From Felis catus (taxonomy: Eukaryota): DNA of 64,000 bases. The stretch covers positions 5,270,001-5,334,000 of the forward strand of contig NC_058368.1 in NCBI RefSeq assembly GCF_018350175.1, given 5' to 3'. A program made the translations under genes and the position numbers. Positions 40,227 to 54,025 of the stretch are shown piece after piece (positions within the stretch are counted from its first letter, which is position 1; each line of letters begins with the position of its first letter). The notes under the pieces were generated by a model. It saw nothing but the letters and a program-made list of their open reading frames with translations. It was not told the DNA's origin and did no database searches.

Positions 40227-40558
40227 TGATGCTTGGATGTAATTTGTCCCCTTATCCAATCATTGTTTCCATGAAGAAACATGATCTTTGCATAAAGGGA
40301 GACTTATCTAGATATTGCTGGGAGGACAGTGGCAGTTACTGAAAAGACGCCTTGAAAAATGGCCCTCGGGTGATACTTTTAACCCTCTTTCTGTTCTAAA
40401 CACATAACAATGTTGGATAAAATTCTTAAAATAAGTAAAACATGTACTTAGTTTTTAAAATGTAATCATTTTGGTTTAACAAGTGGAACAGAACTTCAAA
40501 GAGTGGTGAGTGTCCTATTTTCTTTTACATAGAGAGGATTTTCATTTAAAAATCTTAA

Positions 40559-40741
<183 letters not shown>

Positions 40742-41139
40742 TAACTTATCTGTTGCTTTGGGTTTTTTGTTGAAGACAGGAAACTGGTCGACAGCTTAAC
40801 TAGCCTGTCAAGGCCCACGATGGTGTTTTTGGGGAGGGAACGTGGACACACAGTGTCTTAAATCCAACGGCACAGAAGTGGTTCAAACTCTATTTTCTAA
40901 TGTTAGCTCTGAGGCCCCTCTTTGATTTTCATCACTAATGTTCCTTGTGTCCTGCTTTAGAGCTTGTTAATTTGGGTAGTGAAAGGATTATATTGCTGCC
41001 TACTATTGCGGCATTGGGCTGGCTGTGGCTGAGGTACTTTTATGAGTCTTTCCCTCATATTAATCTCCGTGTATTTCCAAGTTCATTGGCTACAGCCGTA
41101 TTCATGCTTTCTCCCCTTTTCTCTCTCCACCTGTGGTCT

Positions 41140-41187
41140 TGTCTGCATAGTCTTTCTCTTCCTCTCCACTCCTCACTCCCTCAACCC

Positions 41188-41246
<59 letters not shown>

Positions 41247-41340
41247 TCTCCCTCCCTCCCTCCCTTCCTCCCACCCCACCCCACCCCCTGCAGTGTCTGT
41301 GGCTCTCTCCTTCTCACACACACATACACTCACACACACG
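41140..41340. repeat. (CT)n microsatellite with flanking pyrimidine/CA low complexity
   Basis: Pure CT run approx. 41191-41243. Confidence 0.93.
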
Positions 41341-41755
41341 TACATTTTTCTGGGAATCGGGAAACAAATGAATGGAATACAAATCAAAGGAAACGTACTT
41401 TGTGCCTGAAGTACTTTACCAATAAAATGAATTCGGTTGTTGTTGGGTTTATCATCCTGAGTAATTTTTTAGTCGAGCCTAAAACAAACAAGGAGTGAGA
41501 AGTTTCATACTTCAGAGTGCTCGCTCCTTGTTGGAGCCAAAAGGTCATGGTTGACACCTGCATCCACATTTGCTACATTTATCTACTGAATTCAAGCGAC
41601 GCTGGGTCACAAACCACCGAGCTGAATTTTATAGCATTAATGTTGCTGCCAGTCGGTTTCCTCGTGTCCTGTTTCTTTCCTGATCTATTGTTTGTTGTTT
41701 CAATTATTCATTTGGAACTTTTGAATCTAAGAACGTTCTTTCTTTCTTGTAACAG

Positions 41756-41801
41756 AAGCGGCATAAGGCAGACAATGCAGTTAACAAAAAGAAAACGATA
41801 G
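41756..41801 (+). CDS. ATP8A2: ATP8A2 micro-exon (approx. exon 5; 46 nt): KRHKADNAVNKKKTI(V)
   Basis: Acceptor tctttcttgtaacAG, donor TAG|GTAAGA; continues the frame; conserved KRH..D..VN motif after TM2. Confidence 0.95.
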
Positions 41802-42112
41802 GTAAGACGCCAGGCTGAGTCCCTTTTTCCCCTGGAAAACCTAAGACCTGCATTTAAGGCATTTTAAATTAGTAGCTAATGGTACCGAGATAAGTCGAGG
41901 GAAGTGATCTATAAAACATTTTCAGGAGCAAAATTACAAACCAGTCCAACAAAAGTGAGTCCTGGCTCTTAAGATTTGAACAGAATTGGTGTATTTTCAA
42001 AAAGGTGGTAGTTTTCAGGAGCTAGACATATTTTATGTCCAAGAATTCACATCCTTGATTTGTAATTGCGTCCTACCTCTCTCTTTTACTCTATTGATTT
42101 CTAGAACGTTAG

Positions 42113-42113
<1 letters not shown>

Positions 42114-42149
<36 letters not shown>
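42114..42149. repeat. (TG)18 microsatellite between the two micro-exons
   Basis: Directly visible. Confidence 0.97.
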
Positions 42150-42152
<3 letters not shown>

Positions 42153-42432
42153 ACATCTGGTAACAACAGGGTGCTATTTTTCTTCTGGGATAAACAGGAC
42201 AAGATTTAACTTACATGCATATATCTATACTTATGTGTACGCATTAACCTACATATGGGACACAGATTTGGGCTCCATTTTGGGGAGTGGTGTGGTATAC
42301 CTTTATGTCTAACGATATGATCATGTTGGAAGTAACAAGTGGAATTGTAAAAGGAGCCTTTTAGATTTTGGAAAGCTGGTTTTATTTTGATTATCACCGA
42401 TGTTGATTGAAACATTTTTTTTTCTTTTTCAG

Positions 42433-42473
42433 TGTTAAGGAATGGTATGTGGCATACCGTTATGTGGAAAGAG
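42433..42473 (+). CDS. ATP8A2: ATP8A2 micro-exon (approx. exon 6; 41 nt): (V)LRNGMWHTVMWKE
   Basis: Acceptor tttttttctttttcAG, donor GAG|GTAAAA; phase 1 in, phase 0 out, consistent with its neighbours. Confidence 0.94.
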
Positions 42474-43317
42474 GTAAAAACGAATTTTAAAGATATGCCG
42501 GAAAGTACTGGCTTGGGGACTTAGAATTAATTGTTAGTATTGATTGCAGTAGATAAAGTTCAGGTTAAGACATCAGTCCTTTCCAATGTAAGTTTTACAT
42601 TGTGGAGTTTCCCACGAGGTTTACTTAGAACTGCTCCTTGTTGGCTCTGTTCCCCGCTGTCTTCTGGAAAGTACCCACGGTGTCAGTTCAGTTGTGAAAT
42701 TCGTTGCTCCCGATGGATATTTCTAGAATATCAAAGCAGTCTCTAGCTTCTAACTCCAATCCAAGAGACCTTCTCCCTGGTCTCTGTTCTCCTAACCTAA
42801 AACCAGTTTTTTAAAGATTTTCTAACTTCGGAGAGTCTCGCTTCTAACATCTTTGGTGGGAAGAGTTTTGGGTTTAAGATTGACTGTAGAACATAAATAG
42901 ATGGAGTGGGGGTTGGAGACCAGTGTTGTTTCAGTCCTGAAGTTGGGTGGCACAACCAAAGTCTTAACTTGACGATACTGACAAGGTTTGCCTCCGTGTC
43001 CCTGGAAACCTGAGGTTGGGAGGGTTTGGGGCTGGTGAGCGTTTCTTGGCAGTTCATGGTGATGAATAGAAAACCTAGAAGAAATACGCTGTGCCATCTG
43101 GGTATCTTGCACCTGATAAAATTAGCTTTTGAAGTGATCCTCTGTTTGACCTGGACCATCTTAGTGGTCATAAGATACTTTTTGGGGGTGACTCTCATGA
43201 CTTCAGAATTTGAAGCTGATTAACATGATTTCAAAAGGAAACTGCGTTTTAGAGGGCTAACTTAACGATAGTTTCTCCTGTTACACATTTAATAAGCAGT
43301 GGTTAAAAATGCCTCTA

Positions 43318-43543
43318 GGGGCGCCTGGTGGGCTCAGTCGGTTAAGCGTCCGACTTCGGCTCAGGTCGTGATCTCACAGTTCGTGGGTTCCAGCCCCGCG
43401 TCGGGCTCTGTGCCGACAGCTCAGAGCCTGGAGCCTGCTTCGGATTCTGTGTCTCCCTCTCTCTCTCTCTGCCCCTCTTCAACTCGTGCTGTGTCTCTCT
43501 CTGTCTCAAAACTGAATAAACATTAAAAAAACCCTTTTTTAAA
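43318..43543 (+). mobile_element. Can-SINE
   Basis: TSD AAAAATGCCTCTAG on both sides. Confidence 0.93.
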
Positions 43544-44242
43544 AAAATGCCTCTAGAATTTTTTACTTTGCAAAATGTCTGTGATATAGTGCCTGCAGCC
43601 CTCAGTTTAGTTTTTTGTTTTTTTTTTTTTTTTTGTTCCAAGAGAAGTATTAAGTCCCTTTATAGTGTTTTGTGATAACACTTTAACCTTGGTAGCAATC
43701 TAGAAATCCTGTATTGCAAATACTAATCGACCTCCCTCTTACTTGGAAGTCTGTGACTCTTGGTCAAGTGGTTTGAAATTCTTGACTTCACAGGTTAGAA
43801 ATGCTCCTCCCAGTGCTGTGGGGTGGGGGTGGGGGGGTTCAAGGATTTCCACTGCACTTAGGAATGGCCTCTGTTTCTCTAAGATTCCTATTGCCCGCCC
43901 CCGCCTCTTCCCCCGCCCCAGATAGCCATGAACAGTGATCTGGATTTGGGATGTTTACTCGAAACAGTAGAAAATGGAGTGATGATCTCTGAATTCTGGG
44001 TCCAGGAGGGGATGGCCCCACTGACCCCTAAAGCTTGCTACGGTTTCCCACACACACATTTGAAGTTAGAAAAAAATCCCAAACCAAATAGCTCTTCTAT
44101 GCTTTGCCACATACATTTTTAAATTTCATTTAAAACACTTGTGCTTGTTTAAATGGAGCTCTTAGCATGTACTAGAGACGGTGTTAGGCTCTGGCGAATG
44201 CAAAAAACAGTACAGCATGGCCCCTGCCCTTGAGAAACGGCC

Positions 44243-44420
44243 TACAGTGGTTCTCAGCCTTGGTGTGGGGCATCCCAGCTGCCCTAACGCTGACTGCTGC
44301 CCGGGCTGTAGTCTTAAGAAAATGTCTGATTCTGAATTTCCACAGGGCCCTCGAATTTGCATTTGTAATAAGTTCCCAGGTGAGGCCGCTGCGGCGGGTC
44401 CAGACTCCTGCCCCAGCACC
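44243..44420. mobile_element. MER5-like hAT MITE remnant
   Basis: CAGTGGTTCTCAGCCTTGG...GAATTTGCATTTGTAATAAGTTCCCAGGTGA.GC.GCTGC.GCGGGTCC. Confidence 0.65.
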
Positions 44421-45366
44421 CCCACGGGTAGTGGGAGCGGCAGGCAGCTGAATAGAATGCAGTGCACGTACTGAGCTCCGTGTAGGGGCGGGCTTGCGGA
44501 ACATACGGGAGGGACTACTAGTCCAGCAGTTCAGAGGAGCGGAGGCTTCTCTCACGGGGTGCGCTGGTGTTCTTGCGAAGGATGAACGGGAGGTAACTGT
44601 TTGGAGAGGGAAATGCTCTTCAGGACAGACGGAGGTGGGTGGGCGGGAAAGGCGGGCACACCTACACAGTGGCTCAGAGCAAGATTGAGAATAGGGGAGA
44701 AGACAGGGGAAGCGATCTTTAAGCTTCCCAGAGCCATGAAACTCCCACCTGGAACGGTAAAGCCGGAGTCGGCAAGTCCCTGGGCTGTAGCTGAGTAGTG
44801 AAAGCTCTTCTGTGCCTCTCGAGAGCTTTGGTTGACTTGAGGAGACCTTTGAGCTTGTCCTTCAAAAATCAGAGACTTGAGAAACCCCCTGAGGCTAGAG
44901 TGGATTCAGGGGTTCAGAGGGGGGGCTCTGTCTCGCCTTAAGAATTCTCATTCTGGGTAGCGTCACACGCGCAGGAGCCAACCAGGCATAAGAACACCAA
45001 ATAGAAAACCATTTTCAAACACATTTCCAGCGAAGTCATTTTTCATGCACATGAAACTTCTTAGTACTTTGTCAGTGGGCTACAAATGCCTCTGTATGGA
45101 AATAACTAAGATGGGGGGGGAGCCCTAATTCCCCTGTCCTCCCACCGGGTTCACAAAAATGCCACTGCCTTTTTCTTATGAAAACATGAGCAGGTTTCCT
45201 TTCTCATTTTTAACTAAGTGCTTCTGATTTTTTTTTCTATGCAGTTAAACTCTTCACATAACACGCGTTTACGTTTAAAACCATTTTCAATTTTCATAAG
45301 CATTCCTTGCCTTTGAACCGATGGTTGTCGCGATAGCCCTATAGCCTCTGTTCTTTGATATTCTTT

Positions 45367-45583
45367 TTTTTTTTTTTAATTTTTTTTACATTTATTTTTG
45401 AGAAACAGAGTGAGACAAAGCGTGAGCCAGGGAGGGGCAGAGAGAGAAGGAGACACAGCATCCAAAGCAGGCTCCAGGCTCCGAGCTGTCGGCACAGAGC
45501 CTGATGCGTGGCTCAAACTCACCGCGAGATGGTGACCTGAGCCAAAGTCGGACGCTCAACTGACTGAGCCACCCAGGCGCCCC
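45367..45583 (-). mobile_element. Can-SINE
   Basis: TSD TGATATTCTTT at 45356 and 45584. Confidence 0.92.
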
Positions 45584-46147
45584 TGATATTCTTTATTATG
45601 GAATACGGGGTATACTTCTGTGCCTGCCCTTTGCCGATAGGTTGATATACAGTGGTTCTGGAATTTAACTTTTACCACCATTCCCTATATTGAGCGCGGT
45701 TCCTTACTTCACACGCTTTGGTAAGTGATAAGGAGCACTGGCAGGACACCTGTTTAGCAGACCCTCCTTCTCCTACTAGAAAGTTAGATACAGGCACCTG
45801 TCAGGGGCATTCTCCCAGCCTGCAAGATCCAGCACTCTTTCATAAGCATCACTTTCATAACTACTCCATTTGAAGTTCCTGATTTCCGAGAGAACAGAAA
45901 TGTGTGTTAGAACAAGCAGGAAGACCTAGTGCCCATTTTGAGTTTTGAATTTGTTAATGTGTGCTGAGAGCGGCCTTTGTTCCCGTGCTGTCAGAGAATC
46001 GTGGCATCTCTGACTTTGACACTCACAGTGTTCGTTTGGTGTCACTCCTGCTGGTAGAGACTAGCGCTCAGCACATGCCGAGTGCTTGTATATACGTCCT
46101 TAGTCATTGCATCAGCCCTCCCAGGTTAAGTGTTGGTCTTTCCCCAG

Positions 46148-46352
46148 TTAAAAAAAAAAAATTATTTATTTTTGAGAGAGAGCGAGAGAGTGAGCAGGGG
46201 AGGGGCGGAGAGAGGGAGACACAGAATCCAAAGCAGGGTCCAGACTCTGAGCTATCAGCCCAGAGCCTGACGCTGGGCTCGAACTCACAACCGTGAGACC
46301 ATGACTTGAGCTGCGGTCGGACGCTTAACCGACTGAGCCGCCCAGGCGCCCC
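46148..46352 (-). mobile_element. Can-SINE inserted in a MIR
   Basis: TSD GGTCTTTCCCCA at 46135 and 46355; MIR motifs (CCCATTTTGTAAGTGAAG...GCTCGGAGAGGTGAAG...GATTTGAACCTAGGTC) follow. Confidence 0.9.
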
Positions 46353-46695
46353 GAGGTCTTTCCCCATTTTGTAAGTGAAGACGCTGGGGCTCGGAGAGGT
46401 GAAGGGCTTGCCAAGATTGTCTAGTGTCTGTGAGTCTCAGATTTGAACCTAGGTCGGCCTGACTTGAAAGCCCAGACTCTACCTATCTGGGTGCTTCTGT
46501 GATGTTATTTAAAGGATTTCCAAACCCTTGGCCATGGTGTTCACGGTTGGCAGATTAGGGGCTCTTTCCTTACCTTGGGGTCTTCTGTCCAGCGCAGTCT
46601 GTTTCCTAAAATGGTCTCTGACTTTGACTATGACTTTGTTTTTGGTTTGTTTTTTTTTGGCAAGTGAGGCTATACAAATCTTTCCCGTTGTATGT

Positions 46696-46768
46696 GGTAT
46701 GTTTCCAGGGGACCTTTCATGGTCCTGTTCATGGGTATGTTTCCAGGGGACCTTTCATGGTCCTGTTC
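46696..46768. repeat. Tandem duplication, period 38 (35 bp identical)
   Basis: GGTATGTTTCCAGGGGACCTTTCATGGTCCTGTTC at 46696 and 46734. Confidence 0.92.
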
Positions 46769-47470
46769 GTGCCCTGTTCATGGGTGAATTTAGTATTGCC
46801 TTGCACTCAGACCACGGGCCAGTTGCACGGTTTTGAATCTGGGGTCTAACGCTCATTGGCTGCTGTGGGATGTTGATCGTGTGATTCCTCTTTGAGCCTC
46901 AGTTTCCCTGTTCGTTAAATGGAGAAAATCTGTGTTAATTGATCCTTAAAATAACCCCATGAAATATGTGCTGTGAACCTCATGATATACACAGATGCAC
47001 ACGGAGTTTACATCACTTGCTCGGAGTCATATAGGGACAGTGAGGAGTCCAGCCGGGGGATTTGAGCCCGGCCTTCAGGCTGGCTCTGGAACTGTGCTCA
47101 GCCCCCCCCCCCCCCCCCCCTACTGTGTATAGCTATGGGATTGTTGTAGAGTTCAGGGGTGGAATTTGCAACTGGATGGAATCATCATGAGAAAAGGAGA
47201 CCTTGATAGTTGTTCTGACTCATGTGTTTCCTTACTCTCCCTTTCTGTTTTTGTTTTGTTTTTCTTTTTCATTCAGCATCCACTGCAGAGAGGCCATATT
47301 ACCATTTGTAGTGAAAGACTTTGCTTCCGTTCTTGTCAAGGAAAATAATTTGGGCTTGTGTCTTGAATTTCAGGGCATAATTATATAGTAATGTTTTCTT
47401 CAAATATTTAACCACCTTAGTCACTGTGCTTGCCTTTCATGCTCCTCTGACCCTGTCCCTGGTTTTCTAG

Positions 47471-47544
47471 GTGGCGGTGGGAGACATCGTGAAGGTCATC
47501 AATGGGCAGTATCTTCCAGCAGATATGGTCCTGCTATCCTCCAG
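47471..47544 (+). CDS. ATP8A2: ATP8A2 coding exon (approx. exon 7; 74 nt): VAVGDIVKVINGQYLPADMVLLSS(S), actuator domain
   Basis: Acceptor ggttttctAG, donor CAG|GTCAGC; P-type ATPase VGDIV...PAD motif. Confidence 0.96.
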
Positions 47545-47686
47545 GTCAGCTGTGCTAATGGGCACGTTTTTTGAAATAAACGTTATGAACAGTAAAGCAT
47601 TAAATGGTGACTGCGGGAATCACAAGGCACCTTTTTGCTTCCACCCTCCAAGGCACCAGCCCCTCCCTCCCTCCCTCCCTCCCTCC

Positions 47687-47718
<32 letters not shown>

Positions 47719-49422
47719 GTCTCTCTCTGGCCTGTTCTTCTGTGACTCGTCATTTGCCTCTTTTTTTTTTTTTTTTCCTGCCTTGATCCTGTTTTCTTTC
47801 TCCTATTCATTCCCGTGTACTTTTGCAAAACTCTTCTATGTCTATTGGTTCATTTTAGTCTCCTAGCTATTGTGGGCTATTTGTCACTCACCGGAAACAT
47901 TCCAGAGCAGGGGAGTGATTCCTTCATGGTACCCAGCTTGCAGCATCTCTGAGACCTGAGAACCAGTCTCCTGGTGGGTCCAGCCAGGAGTCTTCCCGTG
48001 GAACCTAGGGTCTCCTTTACTAGCTGCTCAGAGATCTGGGCCGTTTTCGCAGCATAGACACGATCTGCAGATAGATCTGTTGCCCCTCTATTTCTCCATG
48101 TTTTGTCCCCCTTTCCACCCAAATGCCATTGCCACGTTCTCCACGTAGTTTCGTGCTGGAAAGGTATCACCAATCCCTACTGACCTGAATCATGGACCGT
48201 GTAGTCCTTGACTTCTCCTTGGCTTAATACATAAAAGTGAATATCAAAGAAAGGATGCTAAAATTAGGATCTGAGTAAACTTCTGTTCATGAGTTCAACA
48301 TTAAATTATATGACGAGACTAAAACTTCCTGTATTTATGTACTGTGGGGAGTCCTAGATACTCACACCATTTGCATTTTCTCTGACTACAGACAGTGCTG
48401 CTTTTATTGGATCTGATCGCATGTTGGATTTTAAGCCTTAGCATGAATTGTCTTGCTCGAGCTAAAAGGTGTGACGATAGAGTCCTAGGCCTATAGAGGA
48501 GGAAAAATACCACATAAGGCAGGATTCACGTTTGTCCCTCTTGATTAGTAATGGCAGAAATAGTGAAATGTGGATCATTTGACAGTTTTGGCTGTGAATT
48601 TTCACCGTAACCCTCAGAAAACCTGGTTTTAATGTGAGATTGTCCCAGCTGACCATGTGTTCCTAGGCTGCTCACTAGTGTTTGAGTCTGTACCTTGTGC
48701 TAAGCTGTCCGCTGAGTCCGTCATCACACTTAATATCCCCCAAACCCTTGCTGTCCCTGCTATTTACATGAGAAAACAGAAAGATTGAACAACTTCCAAG
48801 TCCACACGTGCCACCAATGTAGCAAGAGGAGATTTGGACTCAGCCAGTGGCTTGCAGGTTCCGTTCTCTTAACCACTATGATTAGAAGTAGGAATACAGT
48901 ATCTTCCATGCTTCTTCTTCATATGTTCTGTCCTTAAAAGTAGGTGTTTGGATTAAAAAGTTACCTGTTGACACAGTAAAAGGTGCCGGGAAGGCTTGCC
49001 AAGCCTGTGTCTTGATTCCTGAACGGTGGCTGTAACGTTCTTCAAGAGATGTGTTTGTTCTGGCTATGCCTAGGGTAGCTCTTTTGGTCGGGAGCAGACT
49101 GAGTCTCAGACTCTAAGGGTCATCCGGACACAGTAGTTGGGTCTTAGCTGGAACATCTTGTGTTTCCCTCAACCCACCAATCCCCTTCTCATTCTTCTTC
49201 AGTTATTTCTGTTGTTTAAGGTCAAGGAGCCATTATGTGGGGCCCATAATGGTGGATAATTGGGCAGACCACTTGGTATTGGTGTTGAGCCCCAAAGAGG
49301 AGGGTCTTTCTGGTCAGTTACTACTGAAGTGGTTGAAGGGCCAGTCAGCAGACACACTTTCTAGTAGAGACTTTATGAGCTGGGAATTTGGGGAAGGGAT
49401 CTTACTAACATTTGGCTTTTGA

Positions 49423-49656
<234 letters not shown>

Positions 49657-50503
49657 TGACAGCAAAATTAAAATAGTGAGCTTCATCCAAGTGTGAGTCA
49701 CGAAGGGTATCTTGCCTTAATTTACGTCCTAGATTTCTGCCTGTTAGTGCAGATGGAAAGACATCCTGTCAGCTAGGTTGAGTCACGTGGTGGAAAGGGC
49801 AGCATCTATATGGGGATATGGAGTAGACAAGGTGTGGGTACCTAACTTTACACTATTGTTTTAACTGAGACTTTAATTCTAGAGAGTTATATATTAGGTA
49901 TGAAATTTCTGTGCCTTAAAACTGCTCTTACCATATGTTTTCATTCTAGAATGAAAAGTGGTCTTTAATATAGTACAAACTGTAAGCATTTGACATGTAC
50001 ATTTTCTGCTGCATAAAGTTGAATTTGATAGTTCTGTCCACGTATTTTTCTTTTCTACCTTAGGTATTTGATTTAGGTAGTTTGTTTTTTTTTTTCTGTT
50101 TAAAGAAGAGTTGCTAAGTGCTAGATAGGATACTCATATAATACTATATTAAAAGGCTACTTTATTCTGTTTTTATGACTTGTGTTAAAATAGAACTGAT
50201 AGAGTGTTCACTCCGTAAGGGGTTTGAGTACGTGGTTACTTGAACATGGGTGTTCCCAGCACAGTCGTAGAATCTGAACTTTGTACTTCACTGAAATCTT
50301 TGGAAACTTTTGCATTAGGTTGCTATAGCGAAGGCTGCCTGTAGAGTCCGTCTTGAGGGACCGGTGGTTTGATTTGTCAGCCTCCCCAGTTATTCCATTT
50401 TTGCTGATACATTATTTCTTTCGGATTAACAGTGGGGTTGCTGAATGCCGTCCCTAAACCTGGAAGATTGTGTTCACGTTCCTCTTTTGGTTTAACATTT
50501 TAG

Positions 50504-50653
<150 letters not shown>

Positions 50654-51834
50654 TAGTTTTTATTTTTGTTTCTGTGTTGTTGTTTGTTTGAAATGGAGCT
50701 TTGGAAACTATCAGTTTGTTTTTTGATTTCATAATGTCTTAAAATCATGAGATTTTGTAGGTTTCGCTTAGATATGAGAGACTGAGCTTTTCCCAAAACA
50801 CAATTTCAGTCCATATAAACCTTCCCTTAAATTTAAGGAAAGAACTGGTTTTTGTCAAGAAAAACAGCCTGAGGGTCTGAAATGAGGTTAACAGCTTGGA
50901 CTGTTTTTTCTGTGTGTATTACCTACCAGGGAGGAGAGATGGTTTGGGCTGCGTAAAATTGTCCAGAAAAGCAGAAGAGAAGCATTGAGGGGTATAAGAG
51001 CCAATCTGTTTATTAGAGAAACGTCCTTTTGGGTTTTTTTGGCTAGCATTCTTCTAAGTAGCATTTGTGTTTATGAAGTTGAGTGGAAGGAAACGCAATT
51101 ACCCCCCCCCTTTTTTTTTTTTTGAATATTCACGCTCTGTTGTCTGTATTCTTTTGTCTTTGTCCTCTTGACATTTGTTTGATTGTTAGAGTCATTTTTG
51201 TCCTTACATTGATGCGCAGTGTCTCCCTTCTGCCCATCTTTAATCTGCGTGCTCCTTATCCATGCTTCCCACCTTTGCATTTTGAACAGACCCAAAGGGA
51301 AGGATCTGATCATGGGAATCAACCCGAAATAACTATGACAGCTGTGACTGCTTTCTTGGTTTTCATTTAGCATGCAGAACCATTCCGTGTTCCATGTCTT
51401 CATTTTGAATTTCTAAATTATCACCCAGTCCCTTATTTAACCATTAAGTCATCCTTGACAAATTTGATATTACAGCTCTTTTGCTTCTTTTTTGTTGTAA
51501 TAGTCTCTAAAATAAACTGGGTTTTCCAAATGAATAAGCTTCTGGTTATTTTAGCAATTTCCTTATTGGGTGTGGAGTTTCATAACTGGGTTGTAAGAGA
51601 ACACGATTCCCTCTAACATTTTGTAGGAAAAACAATCTATATTTTTTTCCTCGTGGTGATAAATGGATAGGATGAAACTTTTTAGATTAAGGCATTGGTA
51701 ACCTTTATTGCCCCTGTGTCTCAGTGAAATAATTCAAATTTGACTAAAAGGAACAATCAAACTAATAGACTAATTGTGGGTTTATGTTTAAGGGAAAAGC
51801 TCATGCTCATGTGTCACACTATCATTAAATATAA

Positions 51835-52002
<168 letters not shown>

Positions 52003-53819
52003 TAGAATTTATTTTTTCTTTCCGTTTTTCTAGAGTAGAGAGTGCAAATGCAGGTGTTGCATTTGGGAAGCTCAAGTTTGTGACCTAAATTTAGAAAGGA
52101 CGTACCTGATTCCTTGGGTAGTTTTTCCTGGATTTCTATGATCGTATCGCATGTGTATTATCTCTTGCTTGAAATATCGATGGTCTTTGTTTTCCAGACT
52201 GAGGGGGACAAACAGTTCTAACTTATTTTATCTTCTGCACTTAAGCGGGGATTCATTCTAACTTCCTTATTTCTCTGCTTCTCTTCCTCACCCTGTGAAT
52301 TAGGATTTTATAGTAAATTGTCCTTTTAATTGAACCCTTGGCAATGTAAAATCAGTTATTTTTGAGTTGATGTTTATTCCTCATACACCAAAAAAAAAAA
52401 AAATTAAGTTGAAATGATTTTGCTCTTTCTCCCTGATCGTGATTTTTAAATTATTATTTGTGGGTTTGAAGCAGCCCGCATTTGTATTATGATGTGTTTC
52501 GCCAGGCAGGTTTTGAAATTCTGTATAAATCAGTGTCCTGACGTGTCATTTCTCACATTTCTTTGGTTTCGTTTGGCATCTTACTTTGCTAACGGTTGCT
52601 GTTCATGAGAATCGGCTTTTGGCTTGTCTGCTCTTTAGTTTCGCTTCCGAAGCATATATTTGACTGTACTTCTTCGTTCAAAAACATTTAGTGACCACCA
52701 TGCACCAAGTCTTGAGCTGGCCTATATGGATGCAATAGTGAAAGGCCCAACTCACCCTCTGGGAGCCACATGGACTAAGGAGTAATGGGGAATTGCCGGG
52801 TAGCGCAGTCAAGTCCTGTGGGTGACTACAGAAGGGCCAGGCCCCCCAGGATTGGGGCCGTTAGCAGGCTCCGTGCTGAAAGCACATTTTAGATGGAGGT
52901 CAGAGAGAGGGGTGCTCTTGAGTTGGTCCGCTCTTTTAATCAGATGACGGAAGAGGAGAGAGGTAACTGTTGACTAGAACAGATGACGCGTTGGAGCCCA
53001 CGTCCGCCCCAGCTGGGAAATGCAACAGAGTCAGGGTGGCGGGAGGTGGAGGGTGAGGAGGCTTCGGGTGAGGAGGCTTCAGAGGCTCGTGAGGCTCGAA
53101 GGCAGCTGCAGCTGCTGTGTGACAGGCCGTGTGGAGTGCTCGTCCTGGGGTTTCTTGGGCGGAGAGACCTGAGAGTGAGCCGGGGGAGGGGGAGGCCGAC
53201 GGTAGGACTGTGGGAGGCTGGGAAATACGGGGCTGAGAGACCACGCATCTGGCGGTCGGAGCTATGGTCATGAAGACGGGATGATGGCAGCCCTGGGGCC
53301 AAGATGGATGCCGTAAGCCAAATGCTCACCTCCTGGGAGCGTGGGGGCCATGGCCGAGAGGTCGGTGGACTCGCTGAGGGAAGAGGCAGAAGGTGGCGTA
53401 GTCGAATGACGTGAATGTCACGGGGGAGCGTTTTAATGTGGCATCAGAGGCATAAAGCGTCAGAAGTGCCACCAGCTTCCGAGGCGTGTAAGCACCCTCT
53501 GCTTGAGGGGCTTCAGGGAAGGAGTGCCCTCACCTGGGTAAGGAAAGCTCCTAGTGGAGGAGGAGGAGGTCGCGGAGAAGTTCCGGGCCTGGGATGGAAT
53601 GGCATGGCGTGTTGGAATGGCTGCGGGGGAGGGGGGGTGTGTACGAGAGGGTGGGGGTCTGTGGCAGCCTGAAGAATAAATAGTTAGTGAATGCTGAGGC
53701 CCTTCTTGGATGGCTCACAATCCTTCGGTGAATCCGAGAGGCGTCTGGTCTGTCCTCCCGGCTGGGTCCTTGCCAGTTCAGAGCTGATTAGAACACTCCA
53801 CTAACCAGCTCACTTCTAT

Positions 53820-54025
53820 TTTGTTTTGGTTTTTAAAAATTTTTTAATGTCTATTTTTGAGGGGGGGGAGGGGCAGAGAGAGAGAAGGAGACACCGAATC
53901 GGAAGTGGGCTCCAGGCTCCGAGCCGTCGGCACAGAGCCCGACGCGGGGCTCGAAGTCACGAACCGTGAGGTCGTGACCTGAGCCGAAGTTGGCCGCTTA
54001 ACCGACTGAGCCACCCAGGCGCCCC
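53820..54025 (-). mobile_element. Can-SINE
   Basis: Reverse head, GA tract, T-rich tail. Confidence 0.9.

Noticed and set aside
53051..53100. GGGTGAGGAGGCTTC x2 giving a Glu/Ala-rich ORF (52983-53273)
   Set aside because: A small tandem duplication in a G-rich, probably L2-derived intronic stretch; no splice sites or homology support coding.
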